Below are positions 31,459-41,776 of a stretch of 64,000 bases of DNA, one piece after another; within the stretch, counting starts at the first letter, position 1; each line of letters starts with the position of its first letter. The position numbers were made by a program, and so were the translations under genes. The stretch is from Sulfurovum sp. (lineage in GTDB: Bacteria > Campylobacterota > Campylobacteria > Campylobacterales > Sulfurovaceae), in assembly GCA_027081115.1 (NCBI GenBank), contig JALWLD010000121.1:22786-86785 (forward strand). Reading direction: 5' to 3'. The notes beneath the pieces are model-generated. The model saw only the letters and a list, made by a program, of their open reading frames with translations, had not been told where the DNA came from and did not search any database.

Positions 31459-32145
31459 ATGATTATTTATGGAAAGCAGGTGTGTCTCTATGCGTTAGAG
31501 AAACATCCCGACACAATTAGCACTGTTTATGTAGCCAAAAAAGGCATTTTACCGCAGAAACTCTTTCATGCACACCATGACAAGATCAAGTTCCTGGAAG
31601 AGAAGTGGGCACAGTCTATGAGTAAAGGTGGAAACCACCAGGGTATTTTACTTGAAGTAACAGAGTTGGAAGAGAGTACCCTCTCAGAGATTAAGAAAAA
31701 TGATTTTATTGTGTTGCTTGATGGGCTGACGGATGTCGGTAACATTGGTGCCATTATACGCTCAGCTTATGCTTTGGGTGCACAAGCTGTGATCGCTACG
31801 GGTGTCAAGCAACTCAATTTAGCTGCCATTACACGTAGCAGTTCGGGGGCATTGCTCGATATGCCTTTTATGGTCAAGCAGAATATCATGGATGTGATAC
31901 ATGAACTTAAACAGGTAGGGTTCTCTTTTTACGGTGCAGATATGGACGGTACCGCGATACAAGAGATGACCTTTCCTCAAAAGCGTGTATTGGTTCTTGG
32001 TTCTGAAGGCAAAGGGCTTTCCAAAAAAGCAAAAACAAAGATAGACACTGTGATCTCTATTGAGATGCAGCATCAGTTTGATTCACTGAATGTCTCTGCA
32101 GCAGCAGCAATATTAATACATAGGATGAGTTATGCAATTAAATGA
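31459..32145 (+). CDS. rlmB: 23S rRNA Gm2251 methyltransferase
   Basis: NHQG, D.GNIGAIIRS, GSEGKG, SLNVS. Confidence 0.92.
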   Translation: MIIYGKQVCLYALEKHPDTISTVYVAKKGILPQKLFHAHHDKIKFLEEKWAQSMSKGGNHQGILLEVTELEESTLSEIKKNDFIVLLDGLTDVGNIGAIIRSAYALGAQAVIATGVKQLNLAAITRSSSGALLDMPFMVKQNIMDVIHELKQVGFSFYGADMDGTAIQEMTFPQKRVLVLGSEGKGLSKKAKTKIDTVISIEMQHQFDSLNVSAAAAILIHRMSYAIK

Positions 32146-32644
32146 AATACTTGATGAAAATACCGTAAGAGCAATCTCTGCGAAGACCAATATTGCTGAA
32201 GCAAATCTTGAAGCACTGATCGCCTCTGAATTTGATAAGATCAATAGAGTAAAAGCCTTGGGGTTCATCTCTATTATTGAGAGAGAATACAATGCTGATC
32301 TGTCAAAAGTAAAAGAAGAAGCCATAGCGTATTATGATGCAAATGCCCAAAATGGATCTATGACACTTGGTCTTCCTCTTCCTGAAGAGAAAAAAGGTAA
32401 GTCAAAGTGGTTTATGTTGCTTGTACTGTTGATGCTTGTGTATGCCATTTGGTATGGATTTACACAATTAGATAAAGATAAACTGGCTTCAATGATGCCT
32501 TTTTCTGAAGAAAAATTAAGCAGTTTAATCATGCCCGATAAAGACAAAGATGTAGAGAACTTAAGTATTGAACATATACAGACAAAAAGTATAGAAGCAA
32601 ATGAAGTCAATACAAGTAATCATCCAGAAGATAATAGATTATAA
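32132..32644 (+). CDS. RodZ-like HTH membrane protein
   Basis: ISAKTNI HTH-like segment, ALGFISIIEREY, single TM. Confidence 0.6.
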   Translation: MQLNEILDENTVRAISAKTNIAEANLEALIASEFDKINRVKALGFISIIEREYNADLSKVKEEAIAYYDANAQNGSMTLGLPLPEEKKGKSKWFMLLVLLMLVYAIWYGFTQLDKDKLASMMPFSEEKLSSLIMPDKDKDVENLSIEHIQTKSIEANEVNTSNHPEDNRL

Positions 32645-32660
32645 TTAAAAGAGAGAAACA

Positions 32661-33893
32661 ATGTTTGATGAAATCCAATTTGAAAAAATAAACAGATTAC
32701 CAAAATATCTATTTGCAGAGATCAATGATCTAAAGATGAATCTTAGAAGAGACGGACATGATATTATAGATTTTTCTATGGGGAACCCTGATGCTTCGAC
32801 ACCAAAACCTATTATAGATAAATTATGTGAAACTGCAAGAAAGCCAAAAACACACGGTTACTCTGCAAGTAAGGGAATCTATAAACTTCGTTTGGCGATG
32901 GCAAACTGGTATAAGCGAAAGTATAATGTGGATCTAGACCCCAATAGTGAAGTGGTAGCTACTATGGGAAGTAAAGAGGGGTATGTGCATTTGGTACAAG
33001 CCATTACAAACCCAGGGGATGTAGCTATTGTTCCTGATCCTACCTATCCTATTCACTCACAGGCTTTTGTTTTGGCAGGCGGGTCTGTTGAGAAGATGCC
33101 TCTCATTTTTGATGAAGAGACTTTTGAAGTCGATGAAGATCGTTTTTTTCATGACTTGTTGGAGTCTTTGGAAAATAATGTACCTCAGGCAAAATTTCTG
33201 GTTGTAAACTTTCCGCATAATCCAAGTACGGCAACGGTTACCCCACCGTTTTATGAGAGACTGGTTGCTTTGGCAAAAGAGAAACGTTTTTATATTATTT
33301 CTGATATTGCTTATGCAGATATTACCTTTGATGGTTACAAAACACCTTCTATTTTGGAAGTAGACGGTGCAAAAGATGTGGCCGTAGAAGCGTATACACT
33401 TTCAAAGTCATATAATATGGCAGGATGGAGAGTGGGCTTTATTGTAGGAAACAAAAAATTGATTGGTGCACTTCAGAGTATCAAATCATGGTTGGACTAT
33501 GGTATGTTTACACCTGTACAGGTTGCAGCAACCGTTGCATTGGATGAACATGGATATATTCCTGATGAGCAGATTATTCCACGTTATGAAAAAAGACGTG
33601 ATGTGATGATAGAAGCTTTCGGAAATGCAGGATGGCCATTGGCAAAACCAAATGCCTCTATGTTTATTTGGGGAAAAATCCCTGAAATAGCAAGAGATAT
33701 GGGATCACTTGAATTTGCAAAACAGCTGCTTCTTGAAGCAGATGTTGCAGTAAGCCCGGGGATCGGGTTTGGTATTCATGGAGATAAATATGTACGTATT
33801 GCACTTATTGAAAATGAAAAACGTATACGTCAGGCAGCAAAAAATATTAAAAAATTCCTAAAGAAATTGGAAGAGGATAAGCAGAATGGTTAA
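32661..33893 (+). CDS. class I/II PLP aminotransferase (LL-DAP aminotransferase / AlaC-like)
   Basis: SMGNPD, NFPHNP, SDIAY, SKSYNMAGWRVG. Confidence 0.9.
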   Translation: MFDEIQFEKINRLPKYLFAEINDLKMNLRRDGHDIIDFSMGNPDASTPKPIIDKLCETARKPKTHGYSASKGIYKLRLAMANWYKRKYNVDLDPNSEVVATMGSKEGYVHLVQAITNPGDVAIVPDPTYPIHSQAFVLAGGSVEKMPLIFDEETFEVDEDRFFHDLLESLENNVPQAKFLVVNFPHNPSTATVTPPFYERLVALAKEKRFYIISDIAYADITFDGYKTPSILEVDGAKDVAVEAYTLSKSYNMAGWRVGFIVGNKKLIGALQSIKSWLDYGMFTPVQVAATVALDEHGYIPDEQIIPRYEKRRDVMIEAFGNAGWPLAKPNASMFIWGKIPEIARDMGSLEFAKQLLLEADVAVSPGIGFGIHGDKYVRIALIENEKRIRQAAKNIKKFLKKLEEDKQNG

Positions 33894-35148
33894 GATCGGA
33901 ATACTTGGTGTAGGTACAGTCGGTGCCTCTGTAGCACAGATACTTGAAGCCAACTCAGACATTATCGAAGCTAGAGCCGGTAAGAAAATTGTCGTTAAGT
34001 CCGGTGTAGTAAAAAACCTCTCTAAAGATCGTGGTGTTGATATTAAAATCTCTGATGATCCTATGGATGTCATTAATGATCCTGAAATAGACATTGTCGT
34101 TGAGCTCATGGGTGGAGTAGATGAGCCTTATGATTTGGTCAAAAAGGCATTAGAGAAGGGTAAAGCTGTAGTTACTGCAAACAAAGCATTACTTGCATAC
34201 CATCGTTATGAACTCCAAGAGATTGCCGGAGATATCCCACTGATGTATGAAGCAAGTACTGCGGGGGGTATACCTATTATCGGTGCACTGCGTAATGGAC
34301 TTTCTGCCAATCATATTGACTCTATCAAGGGGATTATGAATGGTACATGTAACTATATGCTTACCAAGATGATCAACGAAGGTGCACAGTATGATGAGAT
34401 ACTCAAAGAGGCACAAGAGTTAGGCTATGCAGAAGCAGATCCAACATTTGATGTGGGTGGTTTTGATGCTTCACATAAATTGCTTATCTTGGCATCTATT
34501 GCTTATGGTATTGATGCAAAACCTGAAGATATACTGATCGAAGGTATTGAAAATATTACACAGACAGATGTAGCTTTTGCCAAAGAGTTTGGATATGAGA
34601 TCAAACTGCTGGGTATCGCTAAAAAAGTCGATGACGGTGTAGAGCTTAGAGTACATGCCACTATGATTCCTCAGGAGTCTATGATCGCCAAAGTAGATGG
34701 CGTTATGAACGCTGTGACTGTGGTGGGAGACAGAGTAGGCGAGACTATGTACTATGGTCCTGGGGCCGGTGGAGATGCTACTGCTTCTGCAGTAATTGCA
34801 GATATTGTAGACATAGTACGTGGTAACCATGGGCCGATGCTTGGATACAAAAAAGGTTTGGAGTCTGGATTGAAGCTTTTGAGTAAAGATGAGATTGAAA
34901 CCCAATACTACATTAGACTGGAAGTCGATGACAGGAGTGGGGCTTTGGCAAAAATTACTTCGGCTTTGGGAGAGTTTGGCATCTCTATAGAATCAATGTT
35001 GCAAAAACCGACACATAACGAAGATATTGCAAAACTGCTCTTTACGACACACCTCTGTAAAGAGAGTAAGATGCAAGATGCTATTGCCGCACTGGGAAAA
35101 CTGGATGTTGTACATGGTAATCTTGCAATGATGAGAATCGAAAAGTAA
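33886..35148 (+). CDS. hom: homoserine dehydrogenase with ACT domain
   Basis: GVGTVG, VVTANK, NGTCNY, GYAEADP, GPGAG. Confidence 0.95.
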   Translation: MVKIGILGVGTVGASVAQILEANSDIIEARAGKKIVVKSGVVKNLSKDRGVDIKISDDPMDVINDPEIDIVVELMGGVDEPYDLVKKALEKGKAVVTANKALLAYHRYELQEIAGDIPLMYEASTAGGIPIIGALRNGLSANHIDSIKGIMNGTCNYMLTKMINEGAQYDEILKEAQELGYAEADPTFDVGGFDASHKLLILASIAYGIDAKPEDILIEGIENITQTDVAFAKEFGYEIKLLGIAKKVDDGVELRVHATMIPQESMIAKVDGVMNAVTVVGDRVGETMYYGPGAGGDATASAVIADIVDIVRGNHGPMLGYKKGLESGLKLLSKDEIETQYYIRLEVDDRSGALAKITSALGEFGISIESMLQKPTHNEDIAKLLFTTHLCKESKMQDAIAALGKLDVVHGNLAMMRIEK

Positions 35149-35157
35149 GGAGTTTTT

Positions 35158-35655
35158 ATGGCAAAAGACCACTATTTTGATATTACGGCGAAGCTTGATA
35201 TGATGGAGCTTAAGAATGCGCTTATTATGGCAGAGAAAGAGGTGGCGACACGTTTTGATTTTAAAGGTTTGAAAGCAGAATTTAATTTGAATGAATCAGC
35301 GAAGACTCTCAGTTTGTCTTCTTCTTCTGATTCTAAGATTGATGCCTTAAAAGATATTTTAATTTCTAAATTGATTAAAAGAGGTATTGCAGGAAAAGCA
35401 CTTGAAGAGGTTAAGACCGAAGGTATTTCCGGTGGTAATACCAAAGTGATCTATCGTATTGTCGACACGATTGACAAAGATGAGGCTAAGCAGATCGTGA
35501 AAGCTATAAAAGCTATGAAGGTGAAGGTTACACCTTCTATTCAGGGAGATGAGGTAAGAGTCTCCGGTAAGAAGATAGATGATCTTCAAGCCGTTATGGC
35601 TGAAGTGAAAACTTTGGACTTGAAAGCTCCGTTGGTTTTTGGAAACTTTAAATAA
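35158..35655 (+). CDS. yajQ: YajQ family nucleotide/c-di-GMP-binding protein
   Basis: FDI, RFDFKG, IQGDEVRVSGKKIDDLQ. Confidence 0.92.
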   Translation: MAKDHYFDITAKLDMMELKNALIMAEKEVATRFDFKGLKAEFNLNESAKTLSLSSSSDSKIDALKDILISKLIKRGIAGKALEEVKTEGISGGNTKVIYRIVDTIDKDEAKQIVKAIKAMKVKVTPSIQGDEVRVSGKKIDDLQAVMAEVKTLDLKAPLVFGNFK

Positions 35656-35658
35656 ACT

Positions 35659-35684
35659 GTAGGGTGCTGTATCTTTACAGCACC
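35659..35684 (+). repeat. GTAG-type REP sequence
   Basis: GTAG-GGTGCTGTA-TCTT-TACAGCACC, a 9-bp stem; homologous to the copies at 45646 and 45684. Confidence 0.75.
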
Positions 35685-35742
35685 AAATATTTTCTCTCTT
35701 TTTTAAAATTTTCTCTTATTTCTATCGTACGTATAGTATGTT

Positions 35743-36000
35743 TTACCCGCAATGTCCGCCGCCACAACATCCACCTGAACTTTCAGTACCGTCTTGTGGT
35801 CTTGCTGACATTGAAATTTGAAAGGTATTACCATTCTCTGCCAGTGCAAATTCGTGTTTTTGACAAAATTCATTATTCATAGTATCTAACATACTTTGTG
35901 CCTCTATCAATGCAGCATCTTTGTCATGAAAGTCCTGATTGTTCTCATACATACTTCTTTTGAAACATCCGCATTCTTTATCGACGTTTATTGTAAACAT
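35743..36000 (-). CDS. small Cys-rich hypothetical protein
   Basis: 85 aa; ECGCF, FCQKH, C-terminal GGCCGGGHCG; AAGGA SD. Confidence 0.8.
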   Translation of the reverse strand: MFTINVDKECGCFKRSMYENNQDFHDKDAALIEAQSMLDTMNNEFCQKHEFALAENGNTFQISMSARPQDGTESSGGCCGGGHCG

Positions 36001-36114
36001 TTTCTATCCTTTTAGGTATAATTTCTCAGATAATAGCTAGCGAGACTTAAATAAACTTTATTTTAAGGGTAAATAGGATAAATTTACTCTTATTTGATGA
36101 TTCAAGGGTAAAAA

Positions 36115-38232
36115 ATGACAAAAAAGTATGATGGCGAACGTAAAGAGATAGAGAGTGTATGTACCTATTGTGGTGTCGGATGTGACATAACAGGTGTAGT
36201 TGAAGATAATAAAATCGTAAAGATATATGCACAAAAAGATGGTGTGGTCTCTGAGGGAAACCTTTGTATAAAAGGGAAGTATGGCTATGACTTTGTAGAT
36301 TCAAAAGACCGTATCCGTGAACATCGTATCCGTAAAACTTTTTTAGATAAAAATCCACATATCCTTGAAAAATTCTCAGGAAAACTAAGCTGTTTTGACA
36401 ATGACTTTATGACTTGTGATCTTGATACTGCTACAAGCATTGCTGCCATGAAACTCGATGAGATCAAAAAGAAGTATGGTGGAGACAGTTTTTGTGCTAT
36501 TGGTGGAGCTAGAACTTCATGTGAATCTGCCTACTCTTTTCAAAAATTTTGTCGTGAAACCATGGACTCTCCACATGTAGATAACTGTGCCAGAGTATGT
36601 CACTCTCCTTCACTTAAAGGGATGAGAGCCACAATGGGTGAAGGTGCTGCTACCAACCCTTACAATGACATCTATGAGACTGAATTTATGGTGGTTATTG
36701 GCTCAAATACTATGGAAGCCCACCCTATCATTGCCAACCGTATTGTCAATGTAGCTAAGCAGCATAACAACCTAGCGGTCATTGATGTACGTGAAACAAA
36801 ATTGGTAAAGTTTGCCAAACATAACTGTGTTATTCCTTTTGAGTCCAATCTGCTTGTGCTAAACATGATGGCTTATGTCATTATGGATGAAGAGCTGTAT
36901 GATCAGAGTTTTATTGACAATCGTACTAAAGGGTTTGATGCATTCAAAGAGAAGATCCTGAATGACCCATATGCCAACCCTGACTTCTTTAAAGATATTG
37001 AAGGGTACGAGTATTTGGCAAAAATGATCCCTAATATTGCGAGAGAGTATGCTGTGAAAAAGTCTATGATCTTCTGGGGTCTTGGTATTACACAGCACCT
37101 TGACGGTTCCCATGCAGTAATGGCAATCACCCATTTGGCACTAATGACAGGAAATGTAGGAAAGACAGGTGCAGGGCTCATGCCGCTTCGTGGACAGAAC
37201 AATGTACAAGGTGCTTGTGATATGGGTTGTCTACCATACTTTGCACCAGATTATACGCAGCCAAAAGTTGAAGGGCTTATGACACCGCAGCTTATGGATG
37301 CGATGTTGGAGGGGCGTATTAAAGCATTGCTCAATATGGGAGAAGATATTACCCATATCCACCCAAACATCAATAAGATCGATAGAGCCATGGACAAACT
37401 TGAGTTTTGTATGGTACAGGAGCTGTTTATGACAGATGTAACCAAAAAGGCAGATATTGTTATTGGTGTGAAGTCAGCATATGAAAAAACAGGTGTTTAT
37501 GTTAATGCTATGAGAAGATTGCACCTTTCTCAGCCACTAGTCAAGTCTGATCTCCCTGATGACTGGGAAGTATTGACGCAGATGGCAGCCAAACTTGGAG
37601 ATTCTGAAAACTTTCCTTTTAAAACTTCTGAAGATGTCTGGAATGAAGTGCGTAAAGTGGCACCGGTACGTTTTTCAGGTGCGAACTATTACAGACTGGA
37701 AAGACATAGAAAAAGAGGTATGCAGTGGCCTATCTATTTGGAAGATACACCTGTATTACATCTACTTGATTTCCGTACAGATGATGGCCTTGGGAAGTAT
37801 GTCTACAAACAGTATCAACCACGAGGCATGGTACAGCAGATGTTAGATAAAAATCTTTTTGATAACAAACTTGAAGGGTATTACCTGACAACAGGAAGAA
37901 CTTTAGCACACTATAACAATGCTGCCCAAACAAAGCAGACGGAATCATTGCTCAAAAAACATAGTGAAGATGTACTTTTGGCACCATTGGAAGATGAAGG
38001 GAAATTGGGAGACAGAGTCATATTGAAATCCCAGTATGGTGAGAGTGAAGCACTTTTGGTAAAATATACAGATAAAGTCAAAAAAAAGACACTCTTTACG
38101 ACTTTCCACCATGCAGCATCAAGAGTCAATGCAGTCTTTGGAGATGAAGCAGATGAACTCATCTGGACGGCACGATTTAAATCAGTCAAAGTAGATGTCA
38201 TTCCTGTAGGAGATGAAATTGCCTGCGGGTAA
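36115..38232 (+). CDS. molybdopterin oxidoreductase, formate dehydrogenase alpha (FdhF)-like
   Basis: CTYCGVGC...LCIKG [4Fe-4S] motif, DNCARVCHSPS, PLRGQNNVQGACDMG. Confidence 0.88.
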   Translation: MTKKYDGERKEIESVCTYCGVGCDITGVVEDNKIVKIYAQKDGVVSEGNLCIKGKYGYDFVDSKDRIREHRIRKTFLDKNPHILEKFSGKLSCFDNDFMTCDLDTATSIAAMKLDEIKKKYGGDSFCAIGGARTSCESAYSFQKFCRETMDSPHVDNCARVCHSPSLKGMRATMGEGAATNPYNDIYETEFMVVIGSNTMEAHPIIANRIVNVAKQHNNLAVIDVRETKLVKFAKHNCVIPFESNLLVLNMMAYVIMDEELYDQSFIDNRTKGFDAFKEKILNDPYANPDFFKDIEGYEYLAKMIPNIAREYAVKKSMIFWGLGITQHLDGSHAVMAITHLALMTGNVGKTGAGLMPLRGQNNVQGACDMGCLPYFAPDYTQPKVEGLMTPQLMDAMLEGRIKALLNMGEDITHIHPNINKIDRAMDKLEFCMVQELFMTDVTKKADIVIGVKSAYEKTGVYVNAMRRLHLSQPLVKSDLPDDWEVLTQMAAKLGDSENFPFKTSEDVWNEVRKVAPVRFSGANYYRLERHRKRGMQWPIYLEDTPVLHLLDFRTDDGLGKYVYKQYQPRGMVQQMLDKNLFDNKLEGYYLTTGRTLAHYNNAAQTKQTESLLKKHSEDVLLAPLEDEGKLGDRVILKSQYGESEALLVKYTDKVKKKTLFTTFHHAASRVNAVFGDEADELIWTARFKSVKVDVIPVGDEIACG

Positions 38233-38312
38233 ACAAGAATAGTACATACCCCAGGATGGGCAGTTAGCATCCTTCGAAATGTTTATAAAACTTTAAATAA
38301 AAAGGTTGTGTA

Positions 38313-38654
38313 ATGAGAGAGCTTCCTAAGAAGTATGGTGACCAGTCTGAAGAACTAGCTACCCTATTTTTGGAGCAGGAAAATTTTGTCATTATTGAGC
38401 GGAACTATTTTGCTCGTAAATTGGGAGAGATAGACATTATTGCTATGCATGGAGAGGTACTTCATTTCATCGAAGTCAAAGCAGGAAAAGCCAATTTTGA
38501 TCCTGTCTATAATCTGACCCCTGCTAAGCTTCGAAAAGTTATAAACTCTGCACAGTACTATATGAAAAGTAAAAACCTGGATCTCTCTTTTTCTATTGAT
38601 GCATTGATTATTCGTGGAGACGAGGTGGAGTTTCTAGAAAACGTTACGCTATAA
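38313..38654 (+). CDS. YraN family (UPF0102) nuclease-like protein
   Basis: ERNY, GEIDII, FIEVK. Confidence 0.9.
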   Translation: MRELPKKYGDQSEELATLFLEQENFVIIERNYFARKLGEIDIIAMHGEVLHFIEVKAGKANFDPVYNLTPAKLRKVINSAQYYMKSKNLDLSFSIDALIIRGDEVEFLENVTL

Positions 38655-38687
38655 TATCTTTTGATACTTTTCTGAAGGCATACTTAT

Positions 38688-40349
38688 ATGATAGAGAAGA
38701 AGTTTAATAAAATTGAACGTCTCAAACACACATTACCCCCTAGTCAATATGCAAAAAGACTTCAGACTCTGAACTGGTATGCGATAGATGAATCAGACCG
38801 TTTTTATTTAAAGAATTTTGGTATTTACAATATTAAATTGAAACAAGACAGTTTTATGTTAAGGCTCCGTATCGATGGTGGTCGTATCAGTTATACTACA
38901 CTTGAAAAGATCGCAGAGATTGTTCAAAAGTACAATTTAAAACTATTGCTTACCTCACGCGCGCAGTTGGAACTACATGATATCTCTGCCGACAGAGTAT
39001 ATGAAATATATACATATTTAAAAGCCTGCAATATCTCTACCGCACAGACTTTGACAGATAATTTCAGGGCGATTGTCAGTGACCCTTATGATGGAAAAGC
39101 CCTGGACAGCCATATAGAGTGTTATCCAATTATTGAGAAGATCAATCAGTTGATTATAGATAATCCAGAATGGATAGGTACAATTCCTCGAAAGTTCAAT
39201 ACCGCATTGATAGGCAGAGAAACCCCGCTTGTAAACCCTTGGAGTAATGATCTTCTTTTTGCATTGGCTCAAAAAGGAGGACAGACAGGCTTCAATATCT
39301 ATCTGGGTGGGAAGAATGCCAAAGCGGCACAATCTGCAGATATATTTGTAGTACCGGAAGATGCTTTAAAGTTATTTGAAGCTGTAGCAAAGACCTATTG
39401 TCATCATGGTTTACGAGGTAGTCGGTCAAAAATACGGCTTTTCCATCTTATTGAGAAAGTAGGGATAGTGCAGATGAGAGATTGGATAGAAAATGTTTTG
39501 GGTAGATCTTTGGCAAGAGAAGGCAAATTATTGATGCAGTCATCTTATTATCAAAACGAGACACCGTTGAAAGAGGGTGGGCATGCCTTTATCGTCACTA
39601 CAGGATATGGAGAATGTAGCAGAAGTGAATTGCATAATATACTTGCAGAGGCTAAAGAAAATGGAGCAGAAGTGCGTTTGGGTATTGATCAGAACTTTCA
39701 TTTTCTTACCTCTAATACAAAAGTTTTGCAACTGCTTGAAAGAAAAAGTTTACTTACAGCGTGTGCAGGTGCACGGTACTGTCCTCTCTCTTTGTGGGAT
39801 ATAAAAGAAGATGTTCAGCTGTTCCCATTGAAAAAATTTAGAAAACATAATATTTCTATAGGTTTCAGTGGTTGTTTGAAGGGGTGTGGGAGACACTATT
39901 TTACAGATATGGGTCTGATAGGACTACGTACAAACTTGTATGGAGAAACTGAGAAAGCTTTACGGGTTTTTTTAGGTGCTGTAGAATCTCCTGAAGTTGT
40001 ACCTTCACGTATGCTTTACTACTCTGTACCTTTAAGAGAGATCACATCTCTTTTTGATGTGATTCTTGATGATTTTGAACGCAGTACACTTAATAATTTT
40101 GAAACATTTTCATATAAAGTGTTAAATCATCACGATATAGAGTTTTTGCAACTGTGGTATATTGCCAGACAGCTTTACCTTCTAGACGAATGTATATTTG
40201 TACTATTTTTTGATACTTCTAAAACACAAGAGAGTGAAATAAAGATATTCTCCTATATTAAAGAGATGTCTCAACAGTTTGAGTGTGAGAGCTATGCCTC
40301 GTTGACCAGGGAATTAAGTCATCTTTTGTGGGATCAGCAGGAGTTGTGA
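38688..40349 (+). CDS. siroheme nitrite/sulfite reductase (ferredoxin-dependent NirA-like)
   Basis: FMLRLRI, TSRAQL, PRKFN, ACAGARYC and SGCLKGC ligand motifs. Confidence 0.85.
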   Translation: MIEKKFNKIERLKHTLPPSQYAKRLQTLNWYAIDESDRFYLKNFGIYNIKLKQDSFMLRLRIDGGRISYTTLEKIAEIVQKYNLKLLLTSRAQLELHDISADRVYEIYTYLKACNISTAQTLTDNFRAIVSDPYDGKALDSHIECYPIIEKINQLIIDNPEWIGTIPRKFNTALIGRETPLVNPWSNDLLFALAQKGGQTGFNIYLGGKNAKAAQSADIFVVPEDALKLFEAVAKTYCHHGLRGSRSKIRLFHLIEKVGIVQMRDWIENVLGRSLAREGKLLMQSSYYQNETPLKEGGHAFIVTTGYGECSRSELHNILAEAKENGAEVRLGIDQNFHFLTSNTKVLQLLERKSLLTACAGARYCPLSLWDIKEDVQLFPLKKFRKHNISIGFSGCLKGCGRHYFTDMGLIGLRTNLYGETEKALRVFLGAVESPEVVPSRMLYYSVPLREITSLFDVILDDFERSTLNNFETFSYKVLNHHDIEFLQLWYIARQLYLLDECIFVLFFDTSKTQESEIKIFSYIKEMSQQFECESYASLTRELSHLLWDQQEL

Positions 40350-40385
40350 TATAATTATCGATAATTCAAATGAAAAGATGACATA

Positions 40386-41168
40386 ATGAAGCTTAGTGAT
40401 ACGCAATTACAACAATTTAAAGAGCAGGGGTTTTTATTTTTGCCTGCTTTTGCAGAAGCAAAACGCTGTGATACCATTAAAGATATAGCAGCAGCACACC
40501 TGAAACATCAAGTACCTCCTATAGAGACTGAATTTGAATATGTTGGAAAGTCCAAAGAGGAGAGAGAACGTATTTCCAATGCTCACTCTGAACAGATTGA
40601 AAAGCGTATTATTGTAAGAAGACTCAGGCAGGTATATCATCGTGACATTGTCTTTAAAGAGTGGATGGAAGAAGAAAAAATACGTCCTGTTTTAAAGCAG
40701 ATACTTGGTGAAAGTCCGACTATAACTATTGCCCATCATAACTCTATCATGACGAAGATGCCACACAGCTCTACAGCAACTTCCTGGCATCAAGATTTCC
40801 GTTATTGGAACTTTGAAACAGATAATTTGGTTTCTGTATGGTTGGCACTGGATAGTGAGAATGATAAAAATGGTGTGCTTGAATTTATTCCGGGAAGCCA
40901 TAAGATGTTGTTTGACGTTTCCCAATTTGATGAAAAAGAGTATTTTTCGGAAGATAAAAGTAAAAATAGTGAGATCATTGCCAAAAAAGTTTCTTATGAA
41001 TTGGAAAAAGGAGATGTGGTACTTTTTCACTGTAAACTGTTGCATCGGGCAAATAAAAATGCAACAGATGAGCCAAAAATCTCTTTTGTATATACTGTAA
41101 AAGGGTGCAGTAATAAGGCGATAGAAGGGACACGGTCTACAGAATATGAAGAGATAATATTATCGTAA
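40386..41168 (+). CDS. phytanoyl-CoA dioxygenase (PhyH) family 2OG-Fe(II) protein
   Basis: WHQD, WLALD, NG.L.FIPGSH, LLH. Confidence 0.88.
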   Translation: MKLSDTQLQQFKEQGFLFLPAFAEAKRCDTIKDIAAAHLKHQVPPIETEFEYVGKSKEERERISNAHSEQIEKRIIVRRLRQVYHRDIVFKEWMEEEKIRPVLKQILGESPTITIAHHNSIMTKMPHSSTATSWHQDFRYWNFETDNLVSVWLALDSENDKNGVLEFIPGSHKMLFDVSQFDEKEYFSEDKSKNSEIIAKKVSYELEKGDVVLFHCKLLHRANKNATDEPKISFVYTVKGCSNKAIEGTRSTEYEEIILS

Positions 41169-41221
41169 GTACACAGAAATTTCACAGATATTTGTTAAAA
41201 TGACGAAATAATGTAAAATAG

Positions 41222-41250
41222 TTGACAAAATAATAAATATAAGCTATAAC
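41222..41250 (+). promoter_or_regulatory. sigma70-type promoter of trxA
   Basis: TTGACA-17 nt-TATAAC. Confidence 0.6.
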
Positions 41251-41305
41251 TCATTAATGAAAATAAGATATAATCTTAAAACTCAAAAAATAAAAGGACT
41301 TAAAT

Positions 41306-41623
41306 ATGGCAAAATATGTAGAATTAACAGCATCAAATTTTGAAGCAACAGTAGCAGAAGGCGTAACAATGGTAGACTTTTGGGCTCCATGGTGTGGACC
41401 TTGTAGAATGATCGCTCCCGTAGTTGAAGAGTTGGCAGAAGACTTTGACGGAAAAGCAACAATCGCTAAAGTAAATACAGACGAAGAGCAAGATCTTGCT
41501 GTGAAGTACGGAATCAGATCAATCCCTGCTATTCTTTTCTTTAAAGATGGTGAAGTAGTAGACCAGATGGTAGGTGCAGCTTCTAAAGATGCATTTGCAG
41601 AAAAAATTAACGCACAACTCTAA
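41306..41623 (+). CDS. trxA: thioredoxin
   Basis: WAPWCGPC. Confidence 0.97.
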   Translation: MAKYVELTASNFEATVAEGVTMVDFWAPWCGPCRMIAPVVEELAEDFDGKATIAKVNTDEEQDLAVKYGIRSIPAILFFKDGEVVDQMVGAASKDAFAEKINAQL

Positions 41624-41776
41624 GTTGTCAAGCAGGTGGGGAGTAACACTTCCCACTTCCTCTTCACTTTCAAACTCTCTTTTAAAAATTATTAACCAAG
41701 TATTTAAAGTGTATAATTCCTCAGTTATTTGTCTAAAATATTTGATTAAAAATTTTAACTATCTTAAGGACTCAAA

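Noticed and set aside
36580-36610. Possible selenocysteine recoding in the FDH-like gene
   Set aside because: The ligand codon is TGT (Cys); there is no in-frame TGA
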